A stretch of DNA of 63,878 bases, filler included, from Choristocarpus tenellus KU-1152 (lineage: Eukaryota; Protista; Phaeophyceae), in the NCBI GenBank assembly GCA_964200185.2. It is 9 parts of 9 records of this genome, joined end to end, with 100 filler letters (N's around TTAATTAATTAA, not from the genome) between each part and the next. Parts side by side here need not be neighbours in the genome. Positions count along the whole stretch, not along the records: positions 3,725 to 17,136 come from CAXNAD020001502.1; positions 17,237 to 24,336 come from CAXNAD020006699.1; positions 24,437 to 35,284 come from CAXNAD020002672.1; 6 more parts are not named here. The stretch is one strand, 5' to 3'. Below are positions 12,191 to 25,699 of this stretch, piece after piece. The notes under the pieces are model-generated. The model ran no database searches, was not told where the DNA came from, and saw only the letters and a program-made list of their open reading frames with translations. Position numbers and translations under genes: made by a program. Position 1 is the first letter of the stretch, and each line of letters starts with the position of its first letter.

Positions 12191-13233
12191 GTGACCTGTA
12201 CAGCAACATGCTGCCACGCACCTTAAATTGCTACTCCTCCATTGTGCGTTGGGCTTGAGGTTTATCTTCTATGCAGGTGCTTTGGTACTGTTGCTCAATT
12301 TATCGAATGGGAGGGAGTCATGTGTACAGTAATATGCTCTGAAGTAGTGACAAGAGATGGCAGGATAAACAAATTGCTCCTGCTCTCCTCCTGAAGCTCT
12401 TGGATCCTAGGCCCATGTTTTACTGACAGATTGTATAGTCGAAGTTAACCCCCCTGGTCCCCTCTTTCTCTGTAACTATCCCTGATCCCGGCGAACAGCC
12501 ACAGCCAGTATGCTGAACGGCTAGTCATGAAAACAGGATTCGACAAAGCTCAGGGTATACTCTGGCCTACTTCCCAGACAACACCTTGACGAAAAGCATC
12601 ATTGACTTTCTGTGGGTAGGAACACAACCCATATGAGAGGCAAGCAGACTGCTCGAATCTGGTGGATCTCTTTACTGATGACCCCAATGGTTTGCTGTAC
12701 AATGGTGGGAAATGATCAGCAGGAAAGTTGCGTTCAGATGTGTTGACCACTTGCTGATGTCCTTCTGCTTACTTCTCCACCTCCTGCTTCCTCATGGTAT
12801 GTGAAATAGTGTACTTGTGTGCGCACTTCTTACTTGTAGTGGAAGGATATTCAGGTTAGGCGCGTTTTTTTTGCTCTCAATGGGTTCAAAGTTAATGAAA
12901 AAATTTAATGATGAACTCCCTCTCGGTAGTTCTATGTGAACCACTTCCTTGTGAATCATTGCTGTGCTGCCCCATTTGAAATATTTTATGATTAAGCAGC
13001 AGTATTTGAGATGGGGTGGTGGGCCATTGCTCCATTGAAATGCGACTGCTACTGTAGTGAAGACCTCTTCCAACAATGAATCAATACCTAGATGAAGTTC
13101 CTAAGCCTAGGTGTCCGGTGTGTGTGAAAACGACACAACATATGGACCATCTGGAAGTGGTGCTCACTTAATGTAGCAGGTACTACATAGGGCTATTTTT
13201 TTGGTGTGATTTAAACTCATGATTTGTTGTTGT

Positions 13234-13493
13234 GAGTCAAAGTAAAAGAGAGGTACCCAGGGCTGTATTTTAAGGGCATTCACAAGTAGGTGCAAATTTC
13301 GACTTTTTGTACAAATTCATTAAGGGAATTTTCTGAATTCTGTCAAAAAAAATTCCAACAATGAAGAATGCAACGCTCTCAAATCAATCTTAGCACTCCA
13401 TCCATAGAAACATGGGTGAATTGTACAAGATGAAAAGAGTGGCTTATAATGAAAAACGGCCAAGACCTGGGTACCTCTTGTTTACTTTTGCTC
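13234..13493 (+). mobile_element. MITE family D (about 260 bp)
   Basis: GAGTCAAAGTAAAAGAGAGGTACCCAGG...CCTGGGTACCTCTTGTTTACTTTTGCTC. The interior is shared with 22877 and 32618; flanks TGT/TGC. Confidence 0.8.
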
Positions 13494-16323
13494 TGCATGT
13501 AGGTATGCACATCCGCATGCACTCCGCCTGTTGTATGGTGTTATCCCATTATTAGGTGCTTGATTTTTGAGGAGGCTGTGATTGCAATCAATTTTAAGAA
13601 TGGGCAATTTGCTGCAAGCGCAATAGAGCTCTATATACTATGGAGGAGTGTTGCTGTTGGTCTTATGACCATAGTGTATGTTTCATATTTATAGTCGTAT
13701 CAATAGGTGCACCAATCGGTAGAGCTGGCAGCAGTTTGGATTTTGAGTATTATGTACAGCTCTATTGGTCTCATAGAACAACACATTTGCCAACAGTCAC
13801 CACATCTAGGAAAATCAGACCTAACTGCATTCAACCACGGTAAAATATAGACCACATCACTCATCCCCCCCCAAGAAAGCACATTTAGGGGAACAAAAAT
13901 GAAATTTCTGATACCTCACCTCATGTGCCTTTTTTGATCAACGCATTCCAACATTGCGTTGAGCTCATTATGAAAAAAAATTTGAAAATTCTCTTTGATT
14001 AAGTAGCAAGTGATGCTTTGGGGGCAAGGGAGAAAATACATCAAATAGATCACTACTGTGGTGTCGTCAATAGGTGGTGAAACAATGAATTCCGCTTCAG
14101 AAAGCTGTTCATTCATAGTAACTCGTACTCATGCGGTCTGGATTGTTAGCATACACAAGTATGCACCTACCCAGACCAAAGTACCATATAACTTCAGTAT
14201 GTTCTACTTGTAAAGGCTGAAGTTTCAGTGCACACTTGTCCACAACTCAGGTCAATGTGCTACTTTTATACTATGGAGTATATGGGGTTTACTGCCCCCC
14301 CCCTATATTTTGTGGAATATTCAGCAAAATGAGGGCCCTCTTTGATCACGATCTTTGCCCTAAGCAGACCCGACTGTGTCCTTTTTATGTGCTTGAGAAA
14401 ATATTTGTCCAGTCCATGAAGTAGGTGTTGTATTACCGCCCACTCTGTAATCCAGGAACCAACAGAATTAAAATCCCCAATCCAAGGAGGGCATGGGCAC
14501 CGAGTTTGCCATGCTATGATCTGCATTGCACCACTTAAAGTACCTATTCTTTTGTTCCATACTCATTTTTTCAGATTCTCACGTAGTGTCTGTGGTCATT
14601 GACAGTAAATAATTTCGATGGGCTGGGAATCCTATACCATAAATGTTGAAAAAGTAAATGATACATATCATGGTCAAGTAGTGAAATACTCCATGTGCAC
14701 AACAGTATCACTAGAGCAGGGCATGTATCAGTTTAGAATCGGTGCCTGCACTATACTTGTCCCCTGCTAAAAATGCCAACAATTCAAGAAAATTACTGAG
14801 AAGTTCTCACTGTGCCTTTCCATTTGGAAAAGGTTCTCCCCCCTAGCCTCACTAAATAGGGCAAGACCCACCCGAGAAGTAGTAAGCAGCACCTAAATAG
14901 TTCAGGAGGATGTAAAAGGAGAATTTGAGGGTTTTGATCAGTGAACTCAAGTACTCACTGAGTTACATACCAATTTTTGGGGCTACAGAAACCTTCATAC
15001 CTTAGAATTTTTGCACTCTCATTACCTCCAAGACTGGTTGATTGGTGGGCAGGCGGTAACGCAAGCATGAGTGGGGTAGATTGCTTTATTGGTGCCAGTC
15101 ACTGAGAACCAAACTAGGGTGAATGAACCGACTGAGAACGTCAGCTAGCCTTGTGTACACAGGCAGGTGGTCTTTGGCCCTGATCAAGTCTTCTTAAACA
15201 TTGTGAAGATAGTAACGCCTCGAACTTGCTTTTGTATACTCAAAAGTGTACCCACTGTGCTACAGGACAACACAGCCGTGTATTATGCAGCATAATGGAT
15301 ATGTTCCTGAGTTCGCAGCTCCGAAAATTGTGATGCTTGAAACAGTCCCCCATTTTGAAGAGCTGACTTTCATCAGAATGGTGGAAGTATTGACATTCTT
15401 CACTAGCTCATCACTGGCCCTGGTAGATTTCCTGGACGTTGAAAGGGGCAGGGGATCAGACCACAAGCAAAGACAAATAATTGTAGCATTTCCAACCGGA
15501 GTCTTCTTTAACCACCTTCTCTTTTTAAAACTGCCTTTAATGAGTTGGTTGGATTCTTGTTGCCTGTGACCTCCGTCTAACCTCCCTTATGTGGAACCAG
15601 GGCAAAGTAGGATTTGAAATCTCAGCTTGTGAGGTGGTGTTGTTGCACTGCAATTTGTAGAATACACGCAATTCAGGCTACTGCGTATGTACAGTTCCTG
15701 ACAAAAGGTAGTTCATTTGGCACCTGTCTATTTGTCTGCCTACTAGTCGCACTGTCATGCCATCACATGAGTCAGCTCCTGACTTTTAGATATCATTTCT
15801 GGCTCTACAATACACTCACCCCCTATCCTTATGGTATAGGATACAGGGATTTCTCCATATTGGAACATCTCATTAAAACCAATCAATAGTATCGCTCTTG
15901 AGTACTGATATTGTACTGCAGTACATTGGAAGCCAGTATGACGAGAAAGCGACCTATCAGATCACCTCCTTTCATGCTGGACACTTTTTAAGTGCTCTGA
16001 AGTACGAAGATATGTCGATACCAGTATATAGTTCGAAACGAACTAGACGAATTTAATTATTCATAAAGAAGACTGCTTTTCGCGTACGCTTACTAGACAC
16101 GCGAATTTAGTCACTCCAAAAACAATAACTATTCTCCAGCCTATGGGTCATGACATGGAGTATAACGAAAGTAACCTTATCGCAAAGCCTCGAAGGCTAG
16201 GGCCCTTATCAGATGCCAGGTAACTAAAAATAAAATACATTCTGGGCCAACTACCTGCTCAATTACAAGCCAACATATCCTTGAGGGACTGTGATATTTG
16301 CCATTTTGATCATCAGCACGAAT

Positions 16324-16502
16324 GACCCAAAGTATCTGGGAGGGGGGGAGGGTCTACACTAGGGTGTCCATTTGGATAAAAACAAGGTAAAGTGAATTTA
16401 CGGTATCTATCAGACATATGCAACAAAATAACCCCAAAATCGCGACATAAAAAAATTGACCCCAAATCGACAGCCGCTACCCCCTCCCAGGTACTTTGAG
16501 TC
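16324..16502 (-). mobile_element. MITE family B
   Basis: GACCCAAAGTATCTG...GTACTTTGAGTC, opposite orientation to 11646, flanked by AAT/AAT. Confidence 0.85.
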
Positions 16503-18461
16503 AATACAGAATGTTGTGCCTGACAACTCATTTCCATGCCCCAAATGAACGTAACCTCCATCACAGGAGTTTGTGGATGTGGAAGGTATGCCCAGATCAA
16601 GGAAATGACTTTTCCCTGAAGGCATGAGGCCACATATATCATCATATTCAGAAGGCACTCTCAGAGGTCTATACGATAAACGGCACTGCCCTCTAGGATA
16701 CGTTGGCTCAAGTGTTTGGCAAAAGGGTTGGAATTTAGGTAGAAATGAAGGGGTACGGGTCTGAAAATAATACAGATATCAACAGCTTTGCGTCTAGTGG
16801 TACCTACTACTATTATCTCTCTCATGTACAACTGGGAAACCATAATAATATTGGTCTAACAAACAATCCTTCGCCTTAAGTATCGACAACCATATACATG
16901 CACAAGCAAACAGGAGGAGGTTCCGCCTCTTCATTAATCTCTCCCTATCATTTCCATGCATAGCAGTATGCAAGAACAATGATGTGTGATATGATGGATA
17001 TATATATATATGAGTGTATTCAAATCATCCTGAAGGTAGCTCAAAGAGGACTTAGAGTAAAAATAACTGAGAAGGGGAGGGGGGGGGTTGATGTTTTGAG
17101 TAGGAAGAGGGTTTTCAAGTTTGTTTGATCGAGATGNNNNNNNNNNNNNNNNNNNNNNNNNNNNNNNNNNNNNNNNNNNNTTAATTAATTAANNNNNNNN
17201 NNNNNNNNNNNNNNNNNNNNNNNNNNNNNNNNNNNNTGGGAAAAAGATGCTCCACTCTTTCAGGGGCATGAAAAGTTCTGACTGCCAAAAAAACAAACCG
17301 CCCAGGTCGAAGAGGGACCTTCTGTGTGCGCCCCACAGGGATAACATAAAATACCCTGCTGATAAGCGAATCACACCCAGGAGGGGTCAGACTGTTGTTG
17401 GAGGGTTAGTCAGGGGGCACAACACCTCTCCTCTTTAGGTGTCTCCCTCCTGCGAAAGCTGCAGCGGCATGGAAAAGAAAAAAAGGCGAGGGGGGAGGGG
17501 GGGGAAGGGGGCAGCAGGAGTCACCTTAGGAAGACTCAAGGGAGGTGAGGCTGGGAATGTTTCTCCAACAAACACACAGCATCTTAGATGCGGGGCTGGA
17601 CCACTAGGGACTCTTTACCAACATAAACATGGGAGAAATTTTGGGGGTGTATGAGGTCAGGGAGGAGANNNNNNNNNNCTAGCGCTCTTTTACCAAAAAA
17701 AAAAGGGGAGAGTTTGGGGGGGGGTAGGGGTGGAGGGAGGGGGGGGGGGGGGGGGAGGGAGAAAAAAGAGAAAATGTCTTTGGAAGAACTTTATGAGCCT
17801 CTTGCTGTTCTCTCACAAAACTGGTCTATTTATTCAACAAAGGGAAATGGCAGGGAGATAGGCAAAGCAGGAACCAAAGAAAAGAGCTGCATGCTAAAAG
17901 TAGATCAAATAGACCATTCGCTGTCCCTCCCCACCCTCTCTCTCCCTACACTGCTCTTCCCATACCCAACCTCCTATGGTCCGGAGTCTTTTCCCATTAA
18001 CAACACCAGTCAACCTCTCACAGCTACAGCTCAAGTAACCCCATCGACGCCTCATCCAAATGGAAAAAGAAATAACCCCAAACATGGTCTCCCATAACAA
18101 TTGGGACACGGCCTTGCCTGGAGTCAGCAACAAACGGGGAGTGACGTCTGTATAAAAAAAAGACTCCATGGCTGAACGAGCAAGAGAATATGGATGTATT
18201 AATCATGTTTCCATTATTTCTTCCATACACTAAGGAACTCTCTTCTAACAGATCAAACTAATGCCTGACAGAAGGTAATACGGAGGGGGGGGCGCTTCAC
18301 TGTAGAACTACTAAGCAAACAGAAAAAAAAAAAAACATTACTGTGGTCGACTGATGTTACAGACCCACATGGGCTCAATCAAACACTTGCTGGACATTGA
18401 AAATTATCATACACCAAAGGGTATCAAACCCTACCCTGACAACGGGTAATGTTGTTGTTAG

Positions 18462-18510
18462 TATTACTATTATTATTATTATTATTATGATTATTAATAA
18501 TAATATTATT
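18462..18510. repeat. (TAT)n/(AAT)n microsatellite
   Basis: Imperfect run tattactattattattattattattatgattattaataataatattatt. Confidence 0.75.
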
Positions 18511-19988
18511 CTAACAAGTAAGAACAGAGCAACTAGCTCCCGAATGTTGTCCAGATAACAGTCCTTAATGTTCTTAAGGACAACGTCTCATACAAGCTGA
18601 ATACGACTTAACACTCCAGCATTACACTACAGTTGAGCATTACGACGTCCAACATGTGAGAAAGTGAAACCTCAGCAAACAGCAACGAGCACAAAAATCG
18701 TAGTGACAACAATGGCCCCCCTCAAAAGACAACAACTAAGGACCGATCCAGTATCCACCATTCCCAAAAAAACACCACTTTGCAGGAATGTTCCGGAAAC
18801 ACATTCTACGCTTAACTCTGCGTTATGATTCCCCACTCAAAATTCTTGTGGCGATCCCGTGCAAGTATTATTATTTTTTATTTAACTCCACGTAGCCGAA
18901 GCAGCGGCATAGCTTTCTTGTTTGTAATTTCACATTCCCTTAAACTTCTTGTTTCCTGGAGTAAAAGAAATAATAATAATATTTGCACAGAATCACCACA
19001 AAAATGTTAACTGTTAAAGAAATGTACTGCCGCCGACAAAATTATGGAAAAAATCGTGACAACCTATTTCTAGTTTAGGCCCAAAAAATCACCAAAACGC
19101 ACACACATAAAACCCTCCCCCCCCGCCCACATAACCATTCCACAACAAGCAGCACTTCCTCATCCGTACATACATGTGTGGTCAAGTTCCTTCTCTGAAT
19201 TTTACTAAAGTATCTCTAAAAAAGGGAGGAGGTCATAGAGTGTTACTGCAAAGGATCAGTGCATTGCATGCGATGACGTTTGTGAGCGCACCACACACAA
19301 TTTTTTTCTTGATAATACAAGTGAAGGAAAAAAATATTTAGGACGTTTAGACAATACATCCAGTGCACACTATTCTACATACAACAGTGTCCTAGGGATA
19401 TTAGTATGCTTTATTCATGCATACACACATATTTAACGTTATTGTGCAGGTAATCTATACACGTATGTATGTACATGAAATTCAAGTATCGCCTGCAACA
19501 AACACCGTTTTAAATACTGGCACAGAACAACCACAAATAGAACCACAGCACTTTTTCAGTTCCAAGTCCAGGGCACAATTTCCATCTTTTTCGGTTTCAA
19601 GAATAAGAACATACAATAATGAAAAGAAAATGTTACTGCTGTGACTATGATACTCCAGCACACTACGGTAAACAGTCCTGGTAGAAAAAGTAAATACTAG
19701 GTCATGTGCCTGGGACTTCAATACTACCATGAGTTGTCCTGAAAAAGATAATGAATTGGTCCAGGCAAAGCTAATGGGGCATACACTCTGGCTCAGCTAA
19801 CCAACCACCTCCTTCAACGTAAATGAGCTCCCACATGAAATACCCTCATCATAGGGGTGGGAGGTGGGAGGTGGGGGATGGGGGAGAATTTGTAGTGTGG
19901 ATAAATGGATGGAGTTTTCTAAAAAATGCAAAGGATCAACATAGATGCCAACAACAGACTTTGGAATGTACATAGAGGAAATCATAGT

Positions 19989-21100
19989 CTATTTATCTGT
20001 TGGGAGAGGTGCCTTTCGCTGGGCACAGCAGAAAACCAGGAGAACTAAAACTCCGCCAACAGGATTCAATCATGAACACGAACTCTCTTGAATCAGTTAG
20101 AGATGTACCGAGCGTATTCAAGGTGGCATGGATAGTGGGGAATTCAGCCCCTTCACACAATGCCATGGGCCTGATGCAGGCCAGGGTGGCCATCACATCA
20201 GTGAATGGAGTAAGAGATGTGGTGTGGGAACTCGTCACTGAGGTATTTATCTCTCACCTTCTCTGTGAGGCCCAGAATCTGGGTTCGGAGCTCCTCGTTT
20301 TCCTTCTTAAGTTCATCGTTTTTTAACCGAATTGCTTCTACGTCCACTCCAGTTGGGGCCCCCATATACCTTCCGAGCAAGCGATGGATTGGTGAACGTG
20401 GGATCAAAATGGAACAAATAGTACCCCACTGACAACGATTGCCAGGATATATAGGAGGCTTAAGGTAATATTATAAAGAAGGAAGTTGGACATGACTCTC
20501 ATACATAGATGATCAAAAGAGAGAAGCCATCGTATTAAGTTGAGAGTCTAAGATGAGGGTCAACAAATGTTCAACGCTCACTAAAAAGGCAAATCCAATG
20601 TGAAATGCTAAAGGCAGCGAGAGTACTCGTGTATCGGCGCAAACCCTCACGAACCTCTTGATGTAGTCCACAGCATTAGGGGGGCGCTCTGGTTCCTCAT
20701 ACAGGCCCACAAGAACCTTCGTCAGAGCATCAATAACTCCGCTTTTTTCCAGATATTTCCTGAACTCCTCCTTCTTCGACTCTGGCGTCTTAACATCGTG
20801 GGTAAGCAAAAAGACGGGCAAAGGAGACAATGGGTTGCGAAAGATATGGTTAAGACAAGGGGTGCTTCAGAAGTCGGGAGGGGCGGGATATGATCCTGTA
20901 GATCAAACTTGGAAGCTGGGGGGCGAAATATGGTTTAGGTACCGAACGAGCTCTGAGGCAAGATATGGTAGGGTTGAGGTGGGAAATGAAGAGAGGGCAA
21001 GAGGCAAGGGTGAAATCAAATGTACATAAGAAGTAGCACCTACGTTATGAGGAATGTCACTACGCCGAGGTCTGCGAATTGTGGACGGGCTAAACACCAT
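19989..21100 (-). CDS. MYCBP: c-Myc-binding protein homolog (MYCBP/AMY-1, FAP174-like), about 110 aa, 4 exons
   Basis: Exons 21100-21044 (least certain), 20788-20655, 20369-20258 and 20018-19989; 333 nt in frame. Diagnostic sequence ESKKEEFRKYLEKSGVIDALTKVLVGLYEEPERPPNAVDYIKRYMGAP, then a coiled coil. Confidence 0.9.
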
Positions 21101-22876
21101 GTCCTCATTGAGGACCGACCCAAACTCCATGAATCCCACTGTTCATGACGGTTTTAACTCCAGAAAAAACACCACGACTCAACCTTTTTCTGTTGAAAAT
21201 GATTTCCCGTAGTTGTGAATACTAGTAGCACCCCTACGACGTTCAAAGATCACAAGTCGAACAAGCGTTACACAGTTGGAGGGAGGGATGGGATATCATT
21301 GTCGTGGATAACCTGGTAGTTGGACATCTCAGATAGAAGATTTCACGATCTCCAATGAATGTTAAGGGATGACGACTTGAGCCCTACGCCAACCTCTTGG
21401 ACGCCAGAATGGAGCTTTCCCCGCTCTGTTATGGTTTGTTGATGGGAACCCCTCAATCCTCTAGACTGTTTAGTCCTTGTTTAGAAGACTCAAAACTATT
21501 TTATTTTTTCGTGGTTGAACATTGAATGTGAAACCGTCTGGCACTACCAGCTGTTATGAAGTAGTGGTGGTGCGCGTTGCGTTCTGTGTGGGTGCATATA
21601 AAGACAAATATGGAGGTTGAGTGGTCCTACAAAAAACAGAGGGACTGTGGATGATTGGTGCAATTATGTCCTTTTAGTCAAACTCTGCCATTTAGCAACA
21701 TATCACTAAGGAAAGCAGTGAAGTTCATCAGCGATTTTGCTTTAAAAAAGACAAAAAGGACCACTACCAGATTCGACACCACACGTCATGACTAGATCGT
21801 ATTATTCAATCACAATTTCAACTTGCTCAAACGTTCAGGACCGCAAACATACTATGACCCCAACCAAACATTTCATAACACAGCTCGCAGACGCTGAATT
21901 GCCTTCATCAGGTGGTGTAGAATTAACTATCGCCAGACCTGATTCGAAACTGCACAACACCAATCGTTGCGTTTCAAATTAACTCGTCTCCTCACTCCAA
22001 CACATATTATTAGTAGTAGCTTTTCTATAGCAGGGATAACAGGCCAATCCAGTTTGTGGTATTGCGACTCGAGTACACAACCAGATAATTGAGACGATAT
22101 TATGGTGAACTTGGAGGGGTTTCTATACTATTATTAGAAGCGCACTCTCTCTTTAATACTTTACTCTTGCGACCTGCCGATTATCGTTTCGTTCTCAACT
22201 TTGTTTGGGTAGTTAGTTGCTGGTAATCGACAGTTAGTGTGGCCATTAAATGTCCTGTGTAATAGTTGTGCGCACTCAACGTAGTTGCCGTCCTCTAATA
22301 AAGTCTACACCTACTTTCCCCACTATACCTCCTACTACTACCTGCGATATGTAATCATGGTTTGCCAAGACCGGAGAAGTCTTGCGATAAGAGCAAGAAT
22401 GGCAAGCGCATCGAGTCGTACAGCTCGTATGTTTGCAAAGTGCTTCCACCTCGATATTGTTACCTTTAAGTGGGATACGTCGATTATGAATTCTTAAGAA
22501 ATTTCGACGTGTTGCAATGTGTGTCGAACGAGTATTATTGTCGCACAAGAAGAAGACCTCCCTCCTCTCCTTGCGAAAAGTGGGGACAGTTGCCCACCTC
22601 ATTCCTCCAGGTGAGTTTGCCAAGGACAGAGGATATGAAAGGCGTCACCAAGCTTACCTCTTCGATATCATACGTAAAACATCCAAGGGTAGAACCCCGC
22701 CATGGGTAGACACTTCTTGTAGAGATTCAAAGCACAAAAACTGATGTTTAATCAACATGATCTGCCTATTATCTATTCCAAAGAACCATGAAGGGAGAAC
22801 ACATCCACCATAATAAGTTCTAGATCACAGGTCGGGTTGAATCCCGACATTGGAAAGTGTTTTTCGACAATATACT

Positions 22877-23133
22877 GAGTCTAAGTAAGCGAGGGGTACC
22901 CAGGGTTGCATTCTATGGACGCTGACAGATATGTGCAAATTTTGGTCTATTGTAGAAAAACGTGCAGGGAATTTTCTGAAGTCTGTCGGAAATTTCAAAA
23001 TAACAGAACAATCAACGCTCTCAAATCAATGTTTGTACTTCATACACAGAAATATTAGTGAAACGTAGAACACTAAAAACTGGCTTAAGATTCAAAACAG
23101 CCAAAACCTGGGTACCTCTCGTTACTTTCGGCC
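22877..23133 (+). mobile_element. MITE family D
   Basis: GAGTCTAAGTAAGCGAGGGGTACCCAGG...CCTGGGTACCTCTCGTTACTTTCGGCC, flanked by ACT/ACT. Confidence 0.8.
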
Positions 23134-24273
23134 ACTAATAATGTTATCTACATAATATGGCTAGGAGTAGGGAAGGAGGGGTTGTTAGTGGTATACTCTT
23201 CAGTCCCAAAAACATTTTTTCGTTGTCGTTGTTTTGTTGATTGAAATAGATATTACTCGTTGAAATGTTTTTATTCTTACAACAGGTTTTAATATATATC
23301 CCTTTTTTTTTTCGGTATCCCTAATCACAAGAAAACTACGATTGTTCCTCTAGTGTGAAGGGTAGGTAAGCACCGCCGTTCCCACTTCAATTTACTTGCC
23401 ATTTTCAACATTAACCTCAGCATGGAACTATAATAAGCAATCATGCAAACAAACGTTCACTCTAATAATAATAGGGGTTGGTATATAAGACAATGGTTGT
23501 ACCATCAATACAATCAATCATGACTACTACTACTCCTGTTCACTAGTTCCTGTGAAGGGTTGTTGGTATGTAAATACATGCAACCATACATGCACAGATC
23601 ATAAGGCATTTGTTTGCCAGGACGTTTCCTTTTCCATCGTGTGATCCAAGGTGATCATTATATAGTGTGCTCTTTTCCATATTTTGGAGGTAGATTATTG
23701 AAATGATGTGTTCCAGACAGCAATTATACTTTCCGTCATTTTGCTTAAAGGAATATCGAATCCTCGGGCAGACTGGTCCATTGGCGAGTTTATGTATGAT
23801 AGGGATCAATTCGAAAGATAATGACACCCAAAATTAACGTACACAGATTGAAAAATGTAATATCAACACCATCAAACATTTGGAACATACTGATGACAAC
23901 CTAACCCATCTCCATACCCCAAAACAATTTGATACATTTCCTTCCTGCTTTCCACTACTGTTATTGCGGTCTATGTTGCATCCTAATATAATATTTCTCA
24001 GTACTGTTGACCAGGAAAATGGACATTTCCCCAGTATGTGACAAACCAATCAACAGATGAAGACCCTCCAATACGTGCGTCCGAGGTGAGCACTTATGGT
24101 GGTATACCACCGTCTCGGAGCCTGTCCCAATCACATCAATTTGTAAAGACTGACCGAAATAATTCAACTATACCATCACAACCAATAGCACGTCCCTTAT
24201 CACACGGTTACACGCGATAAAGGTGCGTAGCCATCTTCGCACATGTTGTGGCCCTGGTTTTGCGCCCCCCCTC

Positions 24274-24304
<31 letters not shown>

Positions 24305-24436
24305 CCACCACCACCACCTCCCGGTGCGGCCTCTCTNNNNNNNNNNNNNNNNNNNNNNNNNNNNNNNNNNNNNNNNNNNNTTAATTAATTAANNNNNNNN
24401 NNNNNNNNNNNNNNNNNNNNNNNNNNNNNNNNNNNN

Positions 24437-25160
24437 CCGTTAACGTTGGGTAAGGTGAGTTGACTGGTCAGGTGTCTATGACAATGTCGTCCCCCACTGC
24501 ATCCTCAATTGCCTCCATGATCCCCCCCTTGGTGTATGGCTTCACCCCATCCTGCTACACGAAGATGTTGTGTCCTTCTGGCCTAGGTATGCAGGCCTTG
24601 ATTGCCAGGATGACATCCTCAACCATGGTCTTCTTAAACTTCTCCCTACCCACCATGGCTTGTACAAGCACCTTGGTGCCCTTGGGGTGGTGTTTGCTGG
24701 AGCACTGAGCGATCTCAGTTTCCATGATTGGCCAAATCTCAATTTTCCCATCAAGCCACACCCTGTTAAGACCTTAGTAGGGCAGGCTACAGCTACAAGG
24801 AATCGCCTTTGTAATGCAATGCTTATTCTGTGCCCTTTCAGGTTTGGGGGTCCTCGGTGGGGTACAGGTACACACCTTGCCCATCTTTGAGGATGTATAT
24901 CCACTTCTCATCCACATGCACGCAGTCATCTAGATCGTCCAATGATACCCCATTTCCCCCCCTGCTGTGCATGTGACTGATGATGAAACCCACCCTGTTG
25001 ACTTTCTGCTGGTCTGAGAGGAACAGCTTAGTCCACTGCTTGACCTTCATCACCTTCTCACACAAATCCCACAACGAGGCAAGGGAGACCCTAGCATTGG
25101 CCGCCCATTTGTGGAAGGATGTGCAGTGTGCCAATGAGGAAACATCGAGGCATACCTTGG
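24437..25160 (-). mobile_element. Decayed Tc1/mariner transposase (plant/oomycete mariner-like)
   Basis: Frameshifted motifs VHVDEKWIY, WLDGKIEIWP, *QDGVKPYT and PVNSP. Confidence 0.85.
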
Positions 25161-25699
25161 GCAGAAGGTGGCTATTACGTATCTATATTTTTTTCTATTT
25201 TACTGTTACAGAGACTACTAAAAATTCAGAATCGAATGGCAATATATCCTTTTTCTTTAGTGTTTGGGCGGCCGAGGGGATTTGTGTCTTAAATATGCAT
25301 TTTGACACTATACATTGTATTTTGACCCTCATTCGTCTTGGGTCAAAAATGTAGGTAGAAAATATGTGGAAGTCAGGGTTATCTGCTATCATACCGTTAT
25401 TGCCATATGCCATACACTGTTACACTGATTGAGGTCTTGTTGTCATGAATCCCAGGTTCCAGTGGAGGATCTTTTGTGAGATTGATGCATGGAATCTTCT
25501 GAAGAGACCAATCCCAAAAGTAGTGGATATCTCTTCAATCAGAGATGTCAAACATCAAAGATTCTCTTCATTGCCACATATTGACATGCTGATGGTAGCA
25601 TGTATTTCTTCCTTTGAGCGTCTCAGGGAATACCCACAACTTTGTACCAAGTAACCTCTGACTGTGCATAGCATGTCACTAGGTTCATCAGAAAAAATT

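Noticed and set aside
21275-21335. EGWDIIVVDNLVVGH resembling the GalE N-terminus
   Set aside because: Only about 15 residues, no upstream GxxGxxG, and an immediate stop; likely chance or TE debris.
24265-24320. Long poly-C/CCA tract (potential G-quadruplex), also G-runs at 17715-17760
   Set aside because: Located at contig ends or in noisy sequence, so length and purity are unreliable.
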